A stretch of DNA of 64,000 nt from assembly GCA_021818475.1 (NCBI GenBank), contig JAKADZ010000001.1:72562-136561 (forward strand), read 5' to 3'. Positions 17,393 through 26,800 of this stretch are shown piece after piece. The translations under genes and the position numbers were made by a program. The notes beneath the pieces were generated by a model that was not told the DNA's origin, made no database searches, and saw nothing but the letters and a program-made list of their open reading frames with translations. This DNA comes from Nanobdellota archaeon. Lineage in GTDB: Archaea > Nanobdellota > Nanobdellia > Pacearchaeales > GW2011-AR1. Each line of letters starts with the position of its first letter. Position 1 is the first letter of the stretch.

Positions 17393-19834
17393 ATGAAACT
17401 ATCAAAAAACAAATATTCTAAAATAAAAGAGATTGAAATGACAGGAAAATTATATACTAAACCGAAGGATTTGGAGAAAAAAATTTCTGACTGGGCTGAA
17501 CCATCTTTTTCTGAAGCAGGAATCAGTATTCTGAATTTAAGATATCTTACAAAAGATGAATCAGGAAAAGTTATTGAAACTCCAAAAGAAATGCTTTATC
17601 GTGTTGCTCATGTTGTAGGGCAGATTGATTCTGATTACGGAGACTTTAATCCCGATGAAACAGAAAAAGAATTTTACGATTTAATGGCGTCGGGAAAGTT
17701 TCTTCCCAATTCTCCGACGTTAAGAGGAGCAGGACTGAACATAAATTTATCTGCATGTTATGTTGTTCCGGTTGAAGACAGCAGAGAAGGAATTTTCAAA
17801 GAAGCATTATACGGAGCAGTGGAAATCCAGGCTCATGGCGGAGGAACAGGATTTAATTTTTCAAAATTAAGGGCAAAAGGATCGTTAATAAGCTCAACAA
17901 AGGGGCAGGCTTCTGGTCCTGTTTCATTTATGAAAGATTTTGATGTAATAATCGGCAGAACAATCGCACAGGGCGGAACACGGCAGGGAGCGAATATGGG
18001 AATCTTAAGGTATGACCATCCGGATATTGAACAATTTATTTCATGCAAAGAAAAAAAAGGAGAAATTTCAAATTTTAATATTTCCGTCGGAGTTACAGAA
18101 GACTTTATGAGAAAAGTTATTGCAGGAGAGGATTATGATATCATTGATCACAAAGGAAAAGTTGTAGGAAAGAAAAATGCAAAACAAATTTTTGATAAAA
18201 TTGTTAATAATGCATGGAAGAGAGGCGACCCGGGAATAATTTATCTTGACAGAATAAACAAGAGAAATCCCACTCCTGATCTTGGAGCAATAACCGGGAC
18301 AAATCCGTGCGGGGAGCAGCCGCTGCTTGATTTTGAAGCATGCAACCTGGGTTCAATCAATTTGAGGAGTTTCATCAAGGATAAACAAATAGACTGGGAA
18401 GGACTTGAGAAAGCAGTTTATTCTTCTGTCCACTTTTTGGATAATGTAATTGATGCAAATAAATTTCCGCTTGAAAAAACAGAAAAAGAAAAAAGAGAAC
18501 TCGAGGAAGTTTTAAGTCGCCATCTGACCGATGAAGAACTTATATCTTCCATAATAAAAGAATATTCCGTATCTCCGATAGAAAAAATAGTAAAGGGGAA
18601 CAGAAAAATAGGACTCGGAGTTATGGGTTTTGCAGATATGTTATCTTCTATGGAAATTGGATATGGTTCTGATGAATCTTTTGAACTTGCAGAAAAAGTG
18701 ATGGAATTTATTCATAAAAAATCACAGGAAGGTTCTGTCAGATTAGCAGAGACCAGAGGAACTTTCCCAAATTGGAAAGGAAGCATTTATGATCCTGAAA
18801 GCAAAAATTTCCTTGGAGAATTCTTGAAATTAAGAAATGCAAGTGTCAGCACAATTGCGCCGACAGGAACTATATCAACTGCCCTCGGAGTTTCTGGAGG
18901 AATAGAACCGCAGTTTTCAGTTGCTTACACAAGAAAATCTGTTTATGATGAAAATGGAATTGCGAAAATAGAAAGTTTCATAGTTGACAGAGAATTTGAA
19001 AAACTTGCAAGAAGGGAGGGATTTTTCAGCCAGGAGTTATTGGACCAAATCAGTGAGAACAAAGGTTCATTATTGGGAGTAAGAAAACCAAAAAATGTTT
19101 CTGCAAAAAGATGGGCGGAGATAAAAGATTTATTTTTAGTTGCTAATGATTTATCTTATGATGAGCATATCAGAATGCAGGATGATTTTCAAAAGCATGT
19201 TGATAATGCAATCAGCAAGACAATAAATCTCCCAGAAGATGTCGATGAGGAAACTGTAAGAGGAGCATATTTAATGACTTTGGAAACAGCAGTAAAAGGG
19301 ATAACTGTTTACAGGGACAATTCAATAGAAAACCAAACTCTTTCTGCAAAGAGACAAGTCCAGCTAGAAAATGGAGAACGCCCTTCAGTTATCGGAACAA
19401 CAATAAAACAAAAAACTCCTTTTGGAAATGCATTCATAACCTTAAATGTTTTCAAGGATGATCCAACAACACCTTATGAAGCATTTATTACAATAGGAAA
19501 AGGCGGAAAAGATATCGACGCTATTGCAGAAGGTTATGGAAGGATGGTTTCATTATCATTCAAGAGAGGAGTTAAGATAGAAGAATTAGCAGAACAATTG
19601 CAGGGGATTAACGGGGAAAGTGTTGCAGGTTTAGGCCCGAACAAAGTCAGTTCCATTCCGGATGCATTCGGCAAAGGATTGATTGAAGCATATTCTCAGA
19701 TAAATAATACAAAAACGAAATTGAAATCTTCTGAACTATCCGGAAATTTTTGTCCTACCTGCGGTTCGAAAATGATAATGGTTGAGGGCTGTCAGAAATG
19801 TTCAAATCCTTCATGTGGTTATGCTAAATGCTAA
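17393..19834 (+). CDS. nrdJ: class II (adenosylcobalamin-dependent) ribonucleotide reductase
   Basis: Active-site context TNPCGEQPL, plus STIAPTGT and the C-terminal Cys-rich Zn-finger tail CPTCGSKMIMVEGCQKCSNPSCGYAKC. The track ORF starts at TTG 17357. The ATGs at 17393 and 17438 are more plausible starts. Confidence 0.92.
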   Translation: MKLSKNKYSKIKEIEMTGKLYTKPKDLEKKISDWAEPSFSEAGISILNLRYLTKDESGKVIETPKEMLYRVAHVVGQIDSDYGDFNPDETEKEFYDLMASGKFLPNSPTLRGAGLNINLSACYVVPVEDSREGIFKEALYGAVEIQAHGGGTGFNFSKLRAKGSLISSTKGQASGPVSFMKDFDVIIGRTIAQGGTRQGANMGILRYDHPDIEQFISCKEKKGEISNFNISVGVTEDFMRKVIAGEDYDIIDHKGKVVGKKNAKQIFDKIVNNAWKRGDPGIIYLDRINKRNPTPDLGAITGTNPCGEQPLLDFEACNLGSINLRSFIKDKQIDWEGLEKAVYSSVHFLDNVIDANKFPLEKTEKEKRELEEVLSRHLTDEELISSIIKEYSVSPIEKIVKGNRKIGLGVMGFADMLSSMEIGYGSDESFELAEKVMEFIHKKSQEGSVRLAETRGTFPNWKGSIYDPESKNFLGEFLKLRNASVSTIAPTGTISTALGVSGGIEPQFSVAYTRKSVYDENGIAKIESFIVDREFEKLARREGFFSQELLDQISENKGSLLGVRKPKNVSAKRWAEIKDLFLVANDLSYDEHIRMQDDFQKHVDNAISKTINLPEDVDEETVRGAYLMTLETAVKGITVYRDNSIENQTLSAKRQVQLENGERPSVIGTTIKQKTPFGNAFITLNVFKDDPTTPYEAFITIGKGGKDIDAIAEGYGRMVSLSFKRGVKIEELAEQLQGINGESVAGLGPNKVSSIPDAFGKGLIEAYSQINNTKTKLKSSELSGNFCPTCGSKMIMVEGCQKCSNPSCGYAKC

Positions 19835-19840
19835 AATAAA

Positions 19841-20398
19841 ATGACAATTCTTTCTGATTCAGAAATTCTAAAACAAATGAAACTTGGGAATATAGTAATA
19901 AATCCCTTCTACAGAGAATGTCTCGGAAGCAATAGTTATGATGTTCATCTTGGAAAATTTCTCACATTCTATTTGGATGAGATTCTTGATGCAAAAAAAG
20001 ATAATCCAACGAAAACAATTTTAATTCCAGAAGAAGGATTTGTTTTAGAACCAGATCATTTTTATCTTGCATCTACAATGGAATATACCGAGACTCACGG
20101 ATTCGTTCCTTTTTTGGATGGGAAGAGCAGCACAGGTAGATTGGGAACTTCAATTCATGAAACTGCAGGAAAAGGAGACGAGGGATTTAAAGGATACTGG
20201 ACTCTGGAGATGAGAGTGGGACATAAAGTAAGAATTTATTCCGGAATGCCCATCGGGCAGATAATTTATCAGAAGATTGTGGGTGAAGTCTTAAATCATT
20301 ACGATAAAAAATCAAATTCAAAATATTCAAATCAGGGAGAAAAACCAGTTGCTTCAATGATGTGGAAAAATTTTGGCAAAGATCCTATTTGGAGATAA
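19841..20398 (+). CDS. dcd: dCTP deaminase (dUTPase superfamily)
   Basis: 185 aa. N-terminal ILSDSEILK, NSYDVHLG, GKSSTGRLG and the EGFKGYWTLEM pattern are typical of Dcd. Confidence 0.9.
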   Translation: MTILSDSEILKQMKLGNIVINPFYRECLGSNSYDVHLGKFLTFYLDEILDAKKDNPTKTILIPEEGFVLEPDHFYLASTMEYTETHGFVPFLDGKSSTGRLGTSIHETAGKGDEGFKGYWTLEMRVGHKVRIYSGMPIGQIIYQKIVGEVLNHYDKKSNSKYSNQGEKPVASMMWKNFGKDPIWR

Positions 20399-20417
20399 TA
20401 TATTTTAAAAATAAAGA

Positions 20418-20888
20418 TTAAAATCTTCTATAACTCAAAAAAGAATAACCTGTTTTTTTAGTTTCATTAATTAAATTCCATTCATTCCAATTAACCTCGG
20501 GGAAAAAAGTGTCTCCTTCATAATTTTGATGGACTCTTGTTATTTCCAATCTATTTGAAATGGGTAAGAATAATCTGTAAATTGTTTCTCCTCCTATGAT
20601 ATAAGCCTCTTCATCTTCAGTGAAGTTTAATGCTTCTTCTATTGTTTTTGCAATATAAATTTCATGAAAATTATTTAAAGTATTTGTTATAACAATATTT
20701 TTTCTTTGTGGAAGAGGTTTCCCTAATTTTTTTATTATTGATTCAAAAGTTTTTCTTCCCATAATTACTGGATGATTTAAGGTTAAATCTTTAAAATGTT
20801 TCATATCTTCAGTAATATCCCACGGAATTTCTCCCTTATTTCCGATTATATTATTTTTAGAAATAGCCGCAATTATTGTTAAACCCAT
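20418..20888 (-). CDS. folA: dihydrofolate reductase
   Basis: IAAISKNNIIGNKGEIPWDITEDMKHFKDLT, VIMGRKTFESI and IIGGETIY. The ATG at 20888 lies 1 nt after the thyA stop. The track's longer ORF starts at a TTG inside thyA. Confidence 0.88.
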   Translation of the reverse strand: MGLTIIAAISKNNIIGNKGEIPWDITEDMKHFKDLTLNHPVIMGRKTFESIIKKLGKPLPQRKNIVITNTLNNFHEIYIAKTIEEALNFTEDEEAYIIGGETIYRLFLPISNRLEITRVHQNYEGDTFFPEVNWNEWNLINETKKTGYSFLSYRRF

Positions 20889-20889
20889 T

Positions 20890-21756
20890 TCACACTGCAA
20901 TATCAAGTTTTATAGAGGGATGACTTTGATAATCTTTCAGTGTAGTATCTTTATATTTCCAATCAAAAATTGAATTAAATCTTTCTGTTTCTATCGAAGG
21001 TAAATCCAAAGGTTTTCTACTTAATTGTTGCTTTGCTCCTTCAAGATGATTTTTATAAACATGAACATCGCCTAGGAATCCAATTAATTTTCCTTCTTTA
21101 AATCCAGATTCTTTTGCTAATAGATGTAATAACAATCCATAACTTGCAATGTTAAATGGCAATCCAAGCATTGTATCGACAGAGCGCTGATTCCATAATA
21201 AATTTAATTTGTCTTTAATAACTGTAACTTGAAACCCATAATGGCAGGGAGGAAGAGCCATCTCTGAAATTTTCTCGGGGTTCCATGCAGAAACAATCAT
21301 CCTTCTATCGTTGGGATTTTTCTTTAAGGTGTTTACAACTTTTTCTAACTGATCAACTCCTTTACCTTCATAATTTGAATCAAAACTATCATAATCCGCA
21401 TTCCAATGTCTCCACTGAAAACCATAAATCGACCCTAAATCTCTTTCTTCTTTCATTTTTATTTTTGATTCTTCATCATTTCCATAAGGAACTTTTTTTG
21501 GATTGCACCATTCATCCCAAATATGATTTTCTCTTTCCTGAAGCCAGGCTTTATCCGTAAGTCCTTTGATAAAAAACTCTAGCTCGCTTGCAATTCCCTT
21601 AAAAAACATTTTTTTGGTTGTTAATAATGGAAAGCCTCCTGACATGTCATGTTCAAACATAACTCCTGCAATTGCAATAGTATCAATACCAGTTCTGTTT
21701 TCTTTCCATTCCCCTTTTGTTAAGATATTATCAAGAATTTCTAGATAAGCCTCCAT
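20890..21756 (-). CDS. thyA: thymidylate synthase (ThyA type)
   Basis: 288 aa. Motifs RTGIDT, catalytic Cys context LPPCHYGFQ, RSVD and the C-terminal IAV. Confidence 0.95.
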   Translation of the reverse strand: MEAYLEILDNILTKGEWKENRTGIDTIAIAGVMFEHDMSGGFPLLTTKKMFFKGIASELEFFIKGLTDKAWLQERENHIWDEWCNPKKVPYGNDEESKIKMKEERDLGSIYGFQWRHWNADYDSFDSNYEGKGVDQLEKVVNTLKKNPNDRRMIVSAWNPEKISEMALPPCHYGFQVTVIKDKLNLLWNQRSVDTMLGLPFNIASYGLLLHLLAKESGFKEGKLIGFLGDVHVYKNHLEGAKQQLSRKPLDLPSIETERFNSIFDWKYKDTTLKDYQSHPSIKLDIAV

Positions 21757-21814
21757 AATTACAATTATTTATTCTAATTTTTAAACATTTATGGGATAGA
21801 TAGCATTCATAACT

Positions 21815-21822
21815 TTTATAAA
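21815..21822 (+). promoter_or_regulatory. TATA box for thioredoxin gene
   Basis: TTTATAAA lies 21 nt upstream of the ATG at 21844. Confidence 0.45.
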
Positions 21823-21843
21823 ACCTGGTGTCTCTAAATAGTG

Positions 21844-22167
21844 ATGGTAGAGAGTGTAGAAGAATTAAACTCGAAAGACTTCGATGAATTTGCAAAAAAA
21901 GGATTAGTATTCATAGATTTCTTTGCCGAATGGTGTATGCCCTGTGTAATGATGGGACCGGTAGTTGAAGAAGTCAGCGAGAGTTTTAAGGGAAAAATAA
22001 AATTCGGAAAAGTTAACATCGGAGAAAATGAATCCTTGTCAAAAAAATTTAATATATCTTCAATACCTAATTTTGTTCTCTTGAAAGATGGAAAAGTTAT
22101 TGAGCAATTTGTCGGGGCAATGGATGAAGAAGAATTAAAAGATAAATTAAGAAAATTTGCAAAATGA
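21844..22167 (+). CDS. trxA: thioredoxin
   Basis: Thioredoxin fold pattern with active site WCMPC (C-M-P-C), plus FGKVNIGENESLSKKFNISSIPNFVLLKDGK. Confidence 0.9.
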   Translation: MVESVEELNSKDFDEFAKKGLVFIDFFAEWCMPCVMMGPVVEEVSESFKGKIKFGKVNIGENESLSKKFNISSIPNFVLLKDGKVIEQFVGAMDEEELKDKLRKFAK

Positions 22168-22340
22168 CATTAACTGAAAAATTAATTTCGAAACCTGCTT
22201 TCAGAATCGGAGCTGCATTAACTCTCGCAGGAATTTTATCTTTCAGCATTGCAACATGTATTAATACAGTTTACAGATTAGAAAATCAGATAGATAATTA
22301 TTTGGAAAGCATGTACTTAAACAATCTCGAAAATAAATAG
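22164..22340 (+). CDS. possible 58-aa single-pass membrane protein (below ORF-track cutoff)
   Basis: The ATG at 22164 overlaps the trx stop (ATGA). It encodes MTLTEKLISKPAFRIGAALTLAGILSFSIATCINTVYRLENQIDNYLESMYLNNLENK*, which has one hydrophobic helix. I translated it by hand. Confidence 0.35.
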   Translation: MTLTEKLISKPAFRIGAALTLAGILSFSIATCINTVYRLENQIDNYLESMYLNNLENK

Positions 22341-22345
22341 AATAT

Positions 22346-22353
22346 TTTATAAA
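22346..22353 (+). promoter_or_regulatory. TATA box positioned for the first (fragmentary) tRNA-Lys 5' copy
   Basis: TTTATAAA lies 24 nt upstream of 22378. There is no comparable box in front of the intact tRNA at 22540. Confidence 0.45.
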
Positions 22354-22377
22354 TTAAATTTTTCTACATTTAATAAA

Positions 22378-22539
22378 GGCTCCGTAGCTCACTGGGTTTC
22401 TTTAAAAAAGAAACTACAATGGTAGAAATGCTTAAAACGCATTCATTCGCTACTTCGCCAAAAGAAAAGGCTCCGTAGCTCAGCCTGGTTAAACTCAAAA
22501 CAGGAAGTTTTGGTAAGAACCATTCAGCTACATTACAAT
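22378..22539 (+). repeat. two extra 5' fragments of tRNA-Lys separated by filler containing a degenerate CGAATG hairpin module
   Basis: GGCTCCGTAGCTCA at 22378 and GGCTCCGTAGCTCAGCCTGGTTA at 22469 are identical to the first 14 and 23 nt of the intact tRNA at 22540. The upstream flank motif CTACAT..A.AAT is also duplicated. The module TCATTCGCTACTTCGCCAAAAGA lies at 22443-22465. Confidence 0.7.
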
Positions 22540-22614
22540 GGCTCCGTAGCTCAGCCTGGTTAGAGCACTGGACTTTTAATCCAGGTGTCGGGGGTTCAAA
22601 TCCCCTCGGGGCCA
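22540..22614 (+). tRNA. tRNA-Lys (anticodon TTT)
   Basis: Hand-folded cloverleaf: acceptor GGCTCCG/CGGGGCC (one G-U), D stem GCTC/GAGC, anticodon stem CTGGA/TCCAG, loop CTTTTAA, T arm GGGGG-TTCAAAT-CCCCT. CCA is not encoded. Confidence 0.9.
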
Positions 22615-22625
22615 TGAAGGATTGA

Positions 22626-23471
22626 ATGGACTCGAGTGAGAAATTTCCTATTTCGACCTCGGGACCACATAAAAAATATAAAATGATAATTGAATTTTTA
22701 TTAACAATATTAATCGTAGGAATAGTTACTTCAGGATTAAATATAAAATTCGACAGGTTTTTTGCAATATTATTATTGATTTTTCTTTTTGGATTTACAA
22801 TTTTTGATGCGGTTAATATTTTCCTCTGGATTATTATGTTGGGTTCATTAATGATTTTGATTAAGAATAAAGAGAAAATTTCTGAACTTCCAAAAAATAT
22901 GAAAATAAGACTGTTTGTTTTGGTTCCATTTTTAACGTTGCTGGCTTCGCTTTTAGGGAGTTATATGTTTAGTGTATCACCTCAATCTGTCTTGATGACA
23001 GTTTTGGGTATTCTGGCCGCATTGTACGGGTTAAGATTAATCTTTATACATTTCAAAGAGCAGGAGCTTCAATTTGAAAAGGGGCATCCGAAAATAACAA
23101 AAGGGTGTGGATTTTTTGGGCCTATTGTAAGCGGGTTATCCATTGGATTTATCGGAACATCTCTTAAATCATTGAAAATTCCTTTCGCAATCAAAATAGG
23201 AAAAATGAATTCAAAACAGGTTTATTTAGGTAATGCAATAACTGCCTTTTTTGCATCATCATTCGCAATTATCTTTCATTTTTTACTGAAACCAATCGCC
23301 CCAAATATATTTTACCAGCAGATGTTACTGGGTATGGCACTTTGGACAGGAATGCATTATACCTCAGAACTCACAGACATTTTTTTCAAGAATAAATGGA
23401 AAAAGATTTTTCAAATTTTAATAGGAATTATTTTAATGGTAGTTTCAATTAAAATTTTTATGTCATTTTAA
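22626..23471 (+). CDS. polytopic membrane protein (possibly TauE/SafE-like permease)
   Basis: 281 aa with about 8 hydrophobic helices. The family assignment is only by general resemblance. Confidence 0.65.
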   Translation: MDSSEKFPISTSGPHKKYKMIIEFLLTILIVGIVTSGLNIKFDRFFAILLLIFLFGFTIFDAVNIFLWIIMLGSLMILIKNKEKISELPKNMKIRLFVLVPFLTLLASLLGSYMFSVSPQSVLMTVLGILAALYGLRLIFIHFKEQELQFEKGHPKITKGCGFFGPIVSGLSIGFIGTSLKSLKIPFAIKIGKMNSKQVYLGNAITAFFASSFAIIFHFLLKPIAPNIFYQQMLLGMALWTGMHYTSELTDIFFKNKWKKIFQILIGIILMVVSIKIFMSF

Positions 23472-23578
23472 TTGGAAAAATTTCTTTTCTGAGCTCGCAC
23501 CCGAAACATTTAAAAACTAACTTTTGCTGTTTTTTATTATTCCAAAGTTGTTAAAGTTTAGACCTGTCTTTAACATAA

Positions 23579-23586
23579 ATTATAAA
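23579..23586 (+). promoter_or_regulatory. TATA-like box for the rpoH-rpoB-rpoA operon
   Basis: ATTATAAA lies 20 nt upstream of the rpoH ATG (23607). Confidence 0.4.
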
Positions 23587-23606
23587 AACAACTCACCTAC
23601 TAAAAG

Positions 23607-23801
23607 ATGCATATTCTTCAACCAAAACACATAAAAATGAGTGAAAAAGAAGCAGAGGAACTTCTAAAAAATTTAAATATTGCTAAAGCACAATTACCAA
23701 AAATTCTTTCAACTGATACTGGCCTTCCTGAAGGATGTGCCGTCGGTGATGTAATTAAAATAGAACGGAAAACAGGTGTCTATTACCGGGTTGTTGTATA
23801 A
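23607..23801 (+). CDS. rpoH: DNA-directed RNA polymerase subunit H (Rpo5/Rpb5 C-terminal domain)
   Basis: 64 aa. HILQPKHIKMSEKEAEELLKNLNI...LPKI...D......GDVIKIER....G..YYRVV is the RpoH pattern. It sits at the head of the rpoB/rpoA genes. Confidence 0.9.
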   Translation: MHILQPKHIKMSEKEAEELLKNLNIAKAQLPKILSTDTGLPEGCAVGDVIKIERKTGVYYRVVV

Positions 23802-23852
23802 TGACAGAAACAGAAATTTCAGCACAAATAAAAATTCAGGGGAATTTTCATA

Positions 23853-26800
23853 ATGGAAAAAAATAATCATCTTATAGTAAAGAAATATCTCGAAGACCAT
23901 TCACTTGTCGAATCAAATATAATCTCTTTTAATGAATTCATTGAACACCGAATGCAGGAGCTTGTTGAAGAAGTTTCTGAACAAATTACAAATGAAGAAT
24001 TTGAAATAACTTTGGGAAAAGTCAAGGTAGAAAAACCAAAAGTAATTGAAGCTGATGGAAGTTCATCATTAATTCTCCCATACGAAGCGAGATTAAGAAA
24101 CTTAACTTATTCTGCACCTGTCACACTTGAAATCACAATTAAAAGAGGAGACCAGGTGGATTCAGACGTAGTAGAAATTGGAAGAATTCCTGTGATGGTA
24201 AAGAGCAAGGTATGTAATACTTTTGGAATGTCACAGCAGGAATTAGTTGATTCTTACAATGACCCATTGGATCCCGGGGGATACTTTATTATCAATGGAA
24301 ATGAAAGAGTAATGGTTATGGCAGAGGACCTCGCTGAAAACCAGCCTTTCATAGAAAATAACAGCAAGGGAAATTTAAATTTAAGATTATTCTCACTAAA
24401 AGGAACTTACAGAATTCCGATAACAATTTCAGAAAGCAAAGAAGGAATGATTGACTTGTCATTCAGCAGATTCAAAGACCTGCCGGCAGTTGTTGTTCTA
24501 AAAGCTCTCGGGCTGACAAAAGAATCCGACATTGCAAAATACATCGGAAAAGAAACAGATTCTGTAATTGTTAATTTATACGAATTTGTAAATCTTGCAA
24601 CAAAAGAAGACGCTATGATGTTCATTGCAGAAAAAACAGGACTGCAGGGGACAAAAAAAGAAATTCTCGACAGAGTAAAGCAGAGAATCGATTCTTATCT
24701 TCTTCCTCACATCGGCCAGAAAAAAGAAGACAGAATGAACAAAGCCGTAACAATCTGTAAACTAATAAAACAATTCTTAATTGCAAAAGAAAATCCGGAG
24801 CTTAAAACAGACAAAGACCATTATTCAAATAAAAGGGTAAGACTTTCAGGAGATCTTCTTGCAAATCTTTTCAAAGTTAATCTCGGAATTTTAATAAGAG
24901 ACATACAGTATTCTATTCAAAAATCATCAAAGAGAAAGAAATTCTTTTCTTTGAAAGTAATCGCAAAATCAACATTATTCTCTCACAGAATTGAATCAGC
25001 AATTGCAACAGGAAGCTGGACAGGGGAAAGAACAGGAGTAACCCAGAATATGGATAAAACAAATTATCTTGCAATGATTTCTCAGCTTCAGAGGGTTTCA
25101 AGTATGCTTGCTTCTGACCAGGAAAATTTCCCTGCAAGAACACTGCACCCAACTCATTATGGAAGATTCTGTCCGATAGAAACACCTGAAGGAACTGAAA
25201 TCGGTCTCAGAAAAAATCTTTCAATATTAAGCAAAATTTCTACAAGAGTTGAACTTGATGGAACAAAATTCATAAAAGATTTGGAATTAATCGGACTTGA
25301 CCCAGAGGGATTTGAAGGAGCAGATGTATTATTCAACGGAAGATTTATCGGTTCAGTAAAAAACAGAGAAGATTTCGTGAAGAAAATAAAAGAAAAAAGA
25401 AGAGCAGGAGACTTGCCTGTTCAGATGAGTATAAGAAATGACCAGGGATTTAATAATGTATTAATTTCAACAGAACCCGGAAGAGTTTTACGTCCTTTGA
25501 TTATTGCAGATAATGGAGTTTCAAGATTAAAAAACGAACACAAGTTACAGATTGAACAAAATGAATTAAAATGGAATGATTTGTTAAACAAAGGAATCAT
25601 AGAATATCTAGACGCTGCTGAAGAGGAAAATGCTTTAGTCTCTTTATATGAAGGAGAATTAACTCCTGAACACACTCACCTTGAAATCGACAGCATGGAT
25701 TTATTCGGAGTTGTAACAAGTTTAGTTCCATATGGAAATCACGATCAGAGTTCAAGACTTAACAGAGGAAGCAAGACTCAAAAACAGTCATTGGGAATTT
25801 ATTCTGCAAATTATTTATGCAGACTTGATACAGATGTTTCAATATTACAATATCCACAAAGACCTTTGGTAAGGAGTTTTGTTTATGATACATTAAACAC
25901 TTATCCTGCAGGACAGAATTTAGTCGTCGCTGTAATGACTTATGAAGGTTACAATATGGAAGATGCTCTTGTATTGAACAAGGGTAGCGTTCAAAGAGGA
26001 GTCGGAAGAAGTTTCTATTTCCGCCCATACTCTGCATTAGAAATGAATTATGCCGGGGGATTAAAGGATGAAATAGTAGTACCCGAAAAAGATGCATCAG
26101 GTTACAGAACAGAAACAAGTTACAAATTCCTTGAAGGAGATGGAGTTGTTTACCCTGAAGCACAGGTTAATGAAGGGGAAGTTTTAATCGGAAAAATGTC
26201 TCCTCCAAAATTCCTTTCAGAACAAAGAGAAATTTCAATCAGAACAAAAAAAGAAACAAGCGTTACAATGAGGCAGGAAGAGAAAGGAACTGTCGACGGC
26301 GTTTTCATTACAGAAGATTCAGAGGGAAATAAAATTATTCAGGTCAGAACAAGAGACCAAAGAATACCCGAACTTGGAGATAAATTCGCCACATCACACG
26401 GACAGAAGGGAGTTGTTGGTATGATAATCCCCCAGGAAGATATACCGTTCACATCAAGAGGAGTTCATCCTGATGTAATATTCAACCCTCATGGTTTGCC
26501 TTCGAGAATGACTGTCGGTTATTTATTAGAATTACTTGCAGGAAAAGTTGCAAGTTTAAGCGGCGAACCGGTAGATGGAACATCATTCTCAGGAACAAAC
26601 AAGAAAGAATTGGAAGAAAATTTAAAAGAACTTGGTTTCAGATATGACGGAAAAGAAACAATGTATAACGGGATTACAGGGGAAAGAATGACTGTAAAAA
26701 TCTTCGTCGGAAATTTATATTATCAAAAATTGAAATATATGGTAGGCAACAAGATGCACGGACGTGCTTCAGGTAAAGTTGCATTATTAACAAGACAGCC

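Noticed and set aside
22378-22539. Split or trans-spliced tRNA halves, as in Nanoarchaeum-type genomes
   Set aside because: - The fragments cover only the first 14-23 nt, not a half-molecule.
- An intact tRNA-Lys lies immediately downstream.
- I could not find complementary GC-rich leader/trailer pairs.
- The parallel with duplicated protein-gene ends favours an insertion or duplication origin. This cannot be fully excluded without the rest of the genome.
22370-22615. 81-aa minus-strand ORF in the track
   Set aside because: It lies entirely on top of tRNA-Lys and its 5' fragment repeats. The open frame is a by-product of the GC-rich tRNA sequence.
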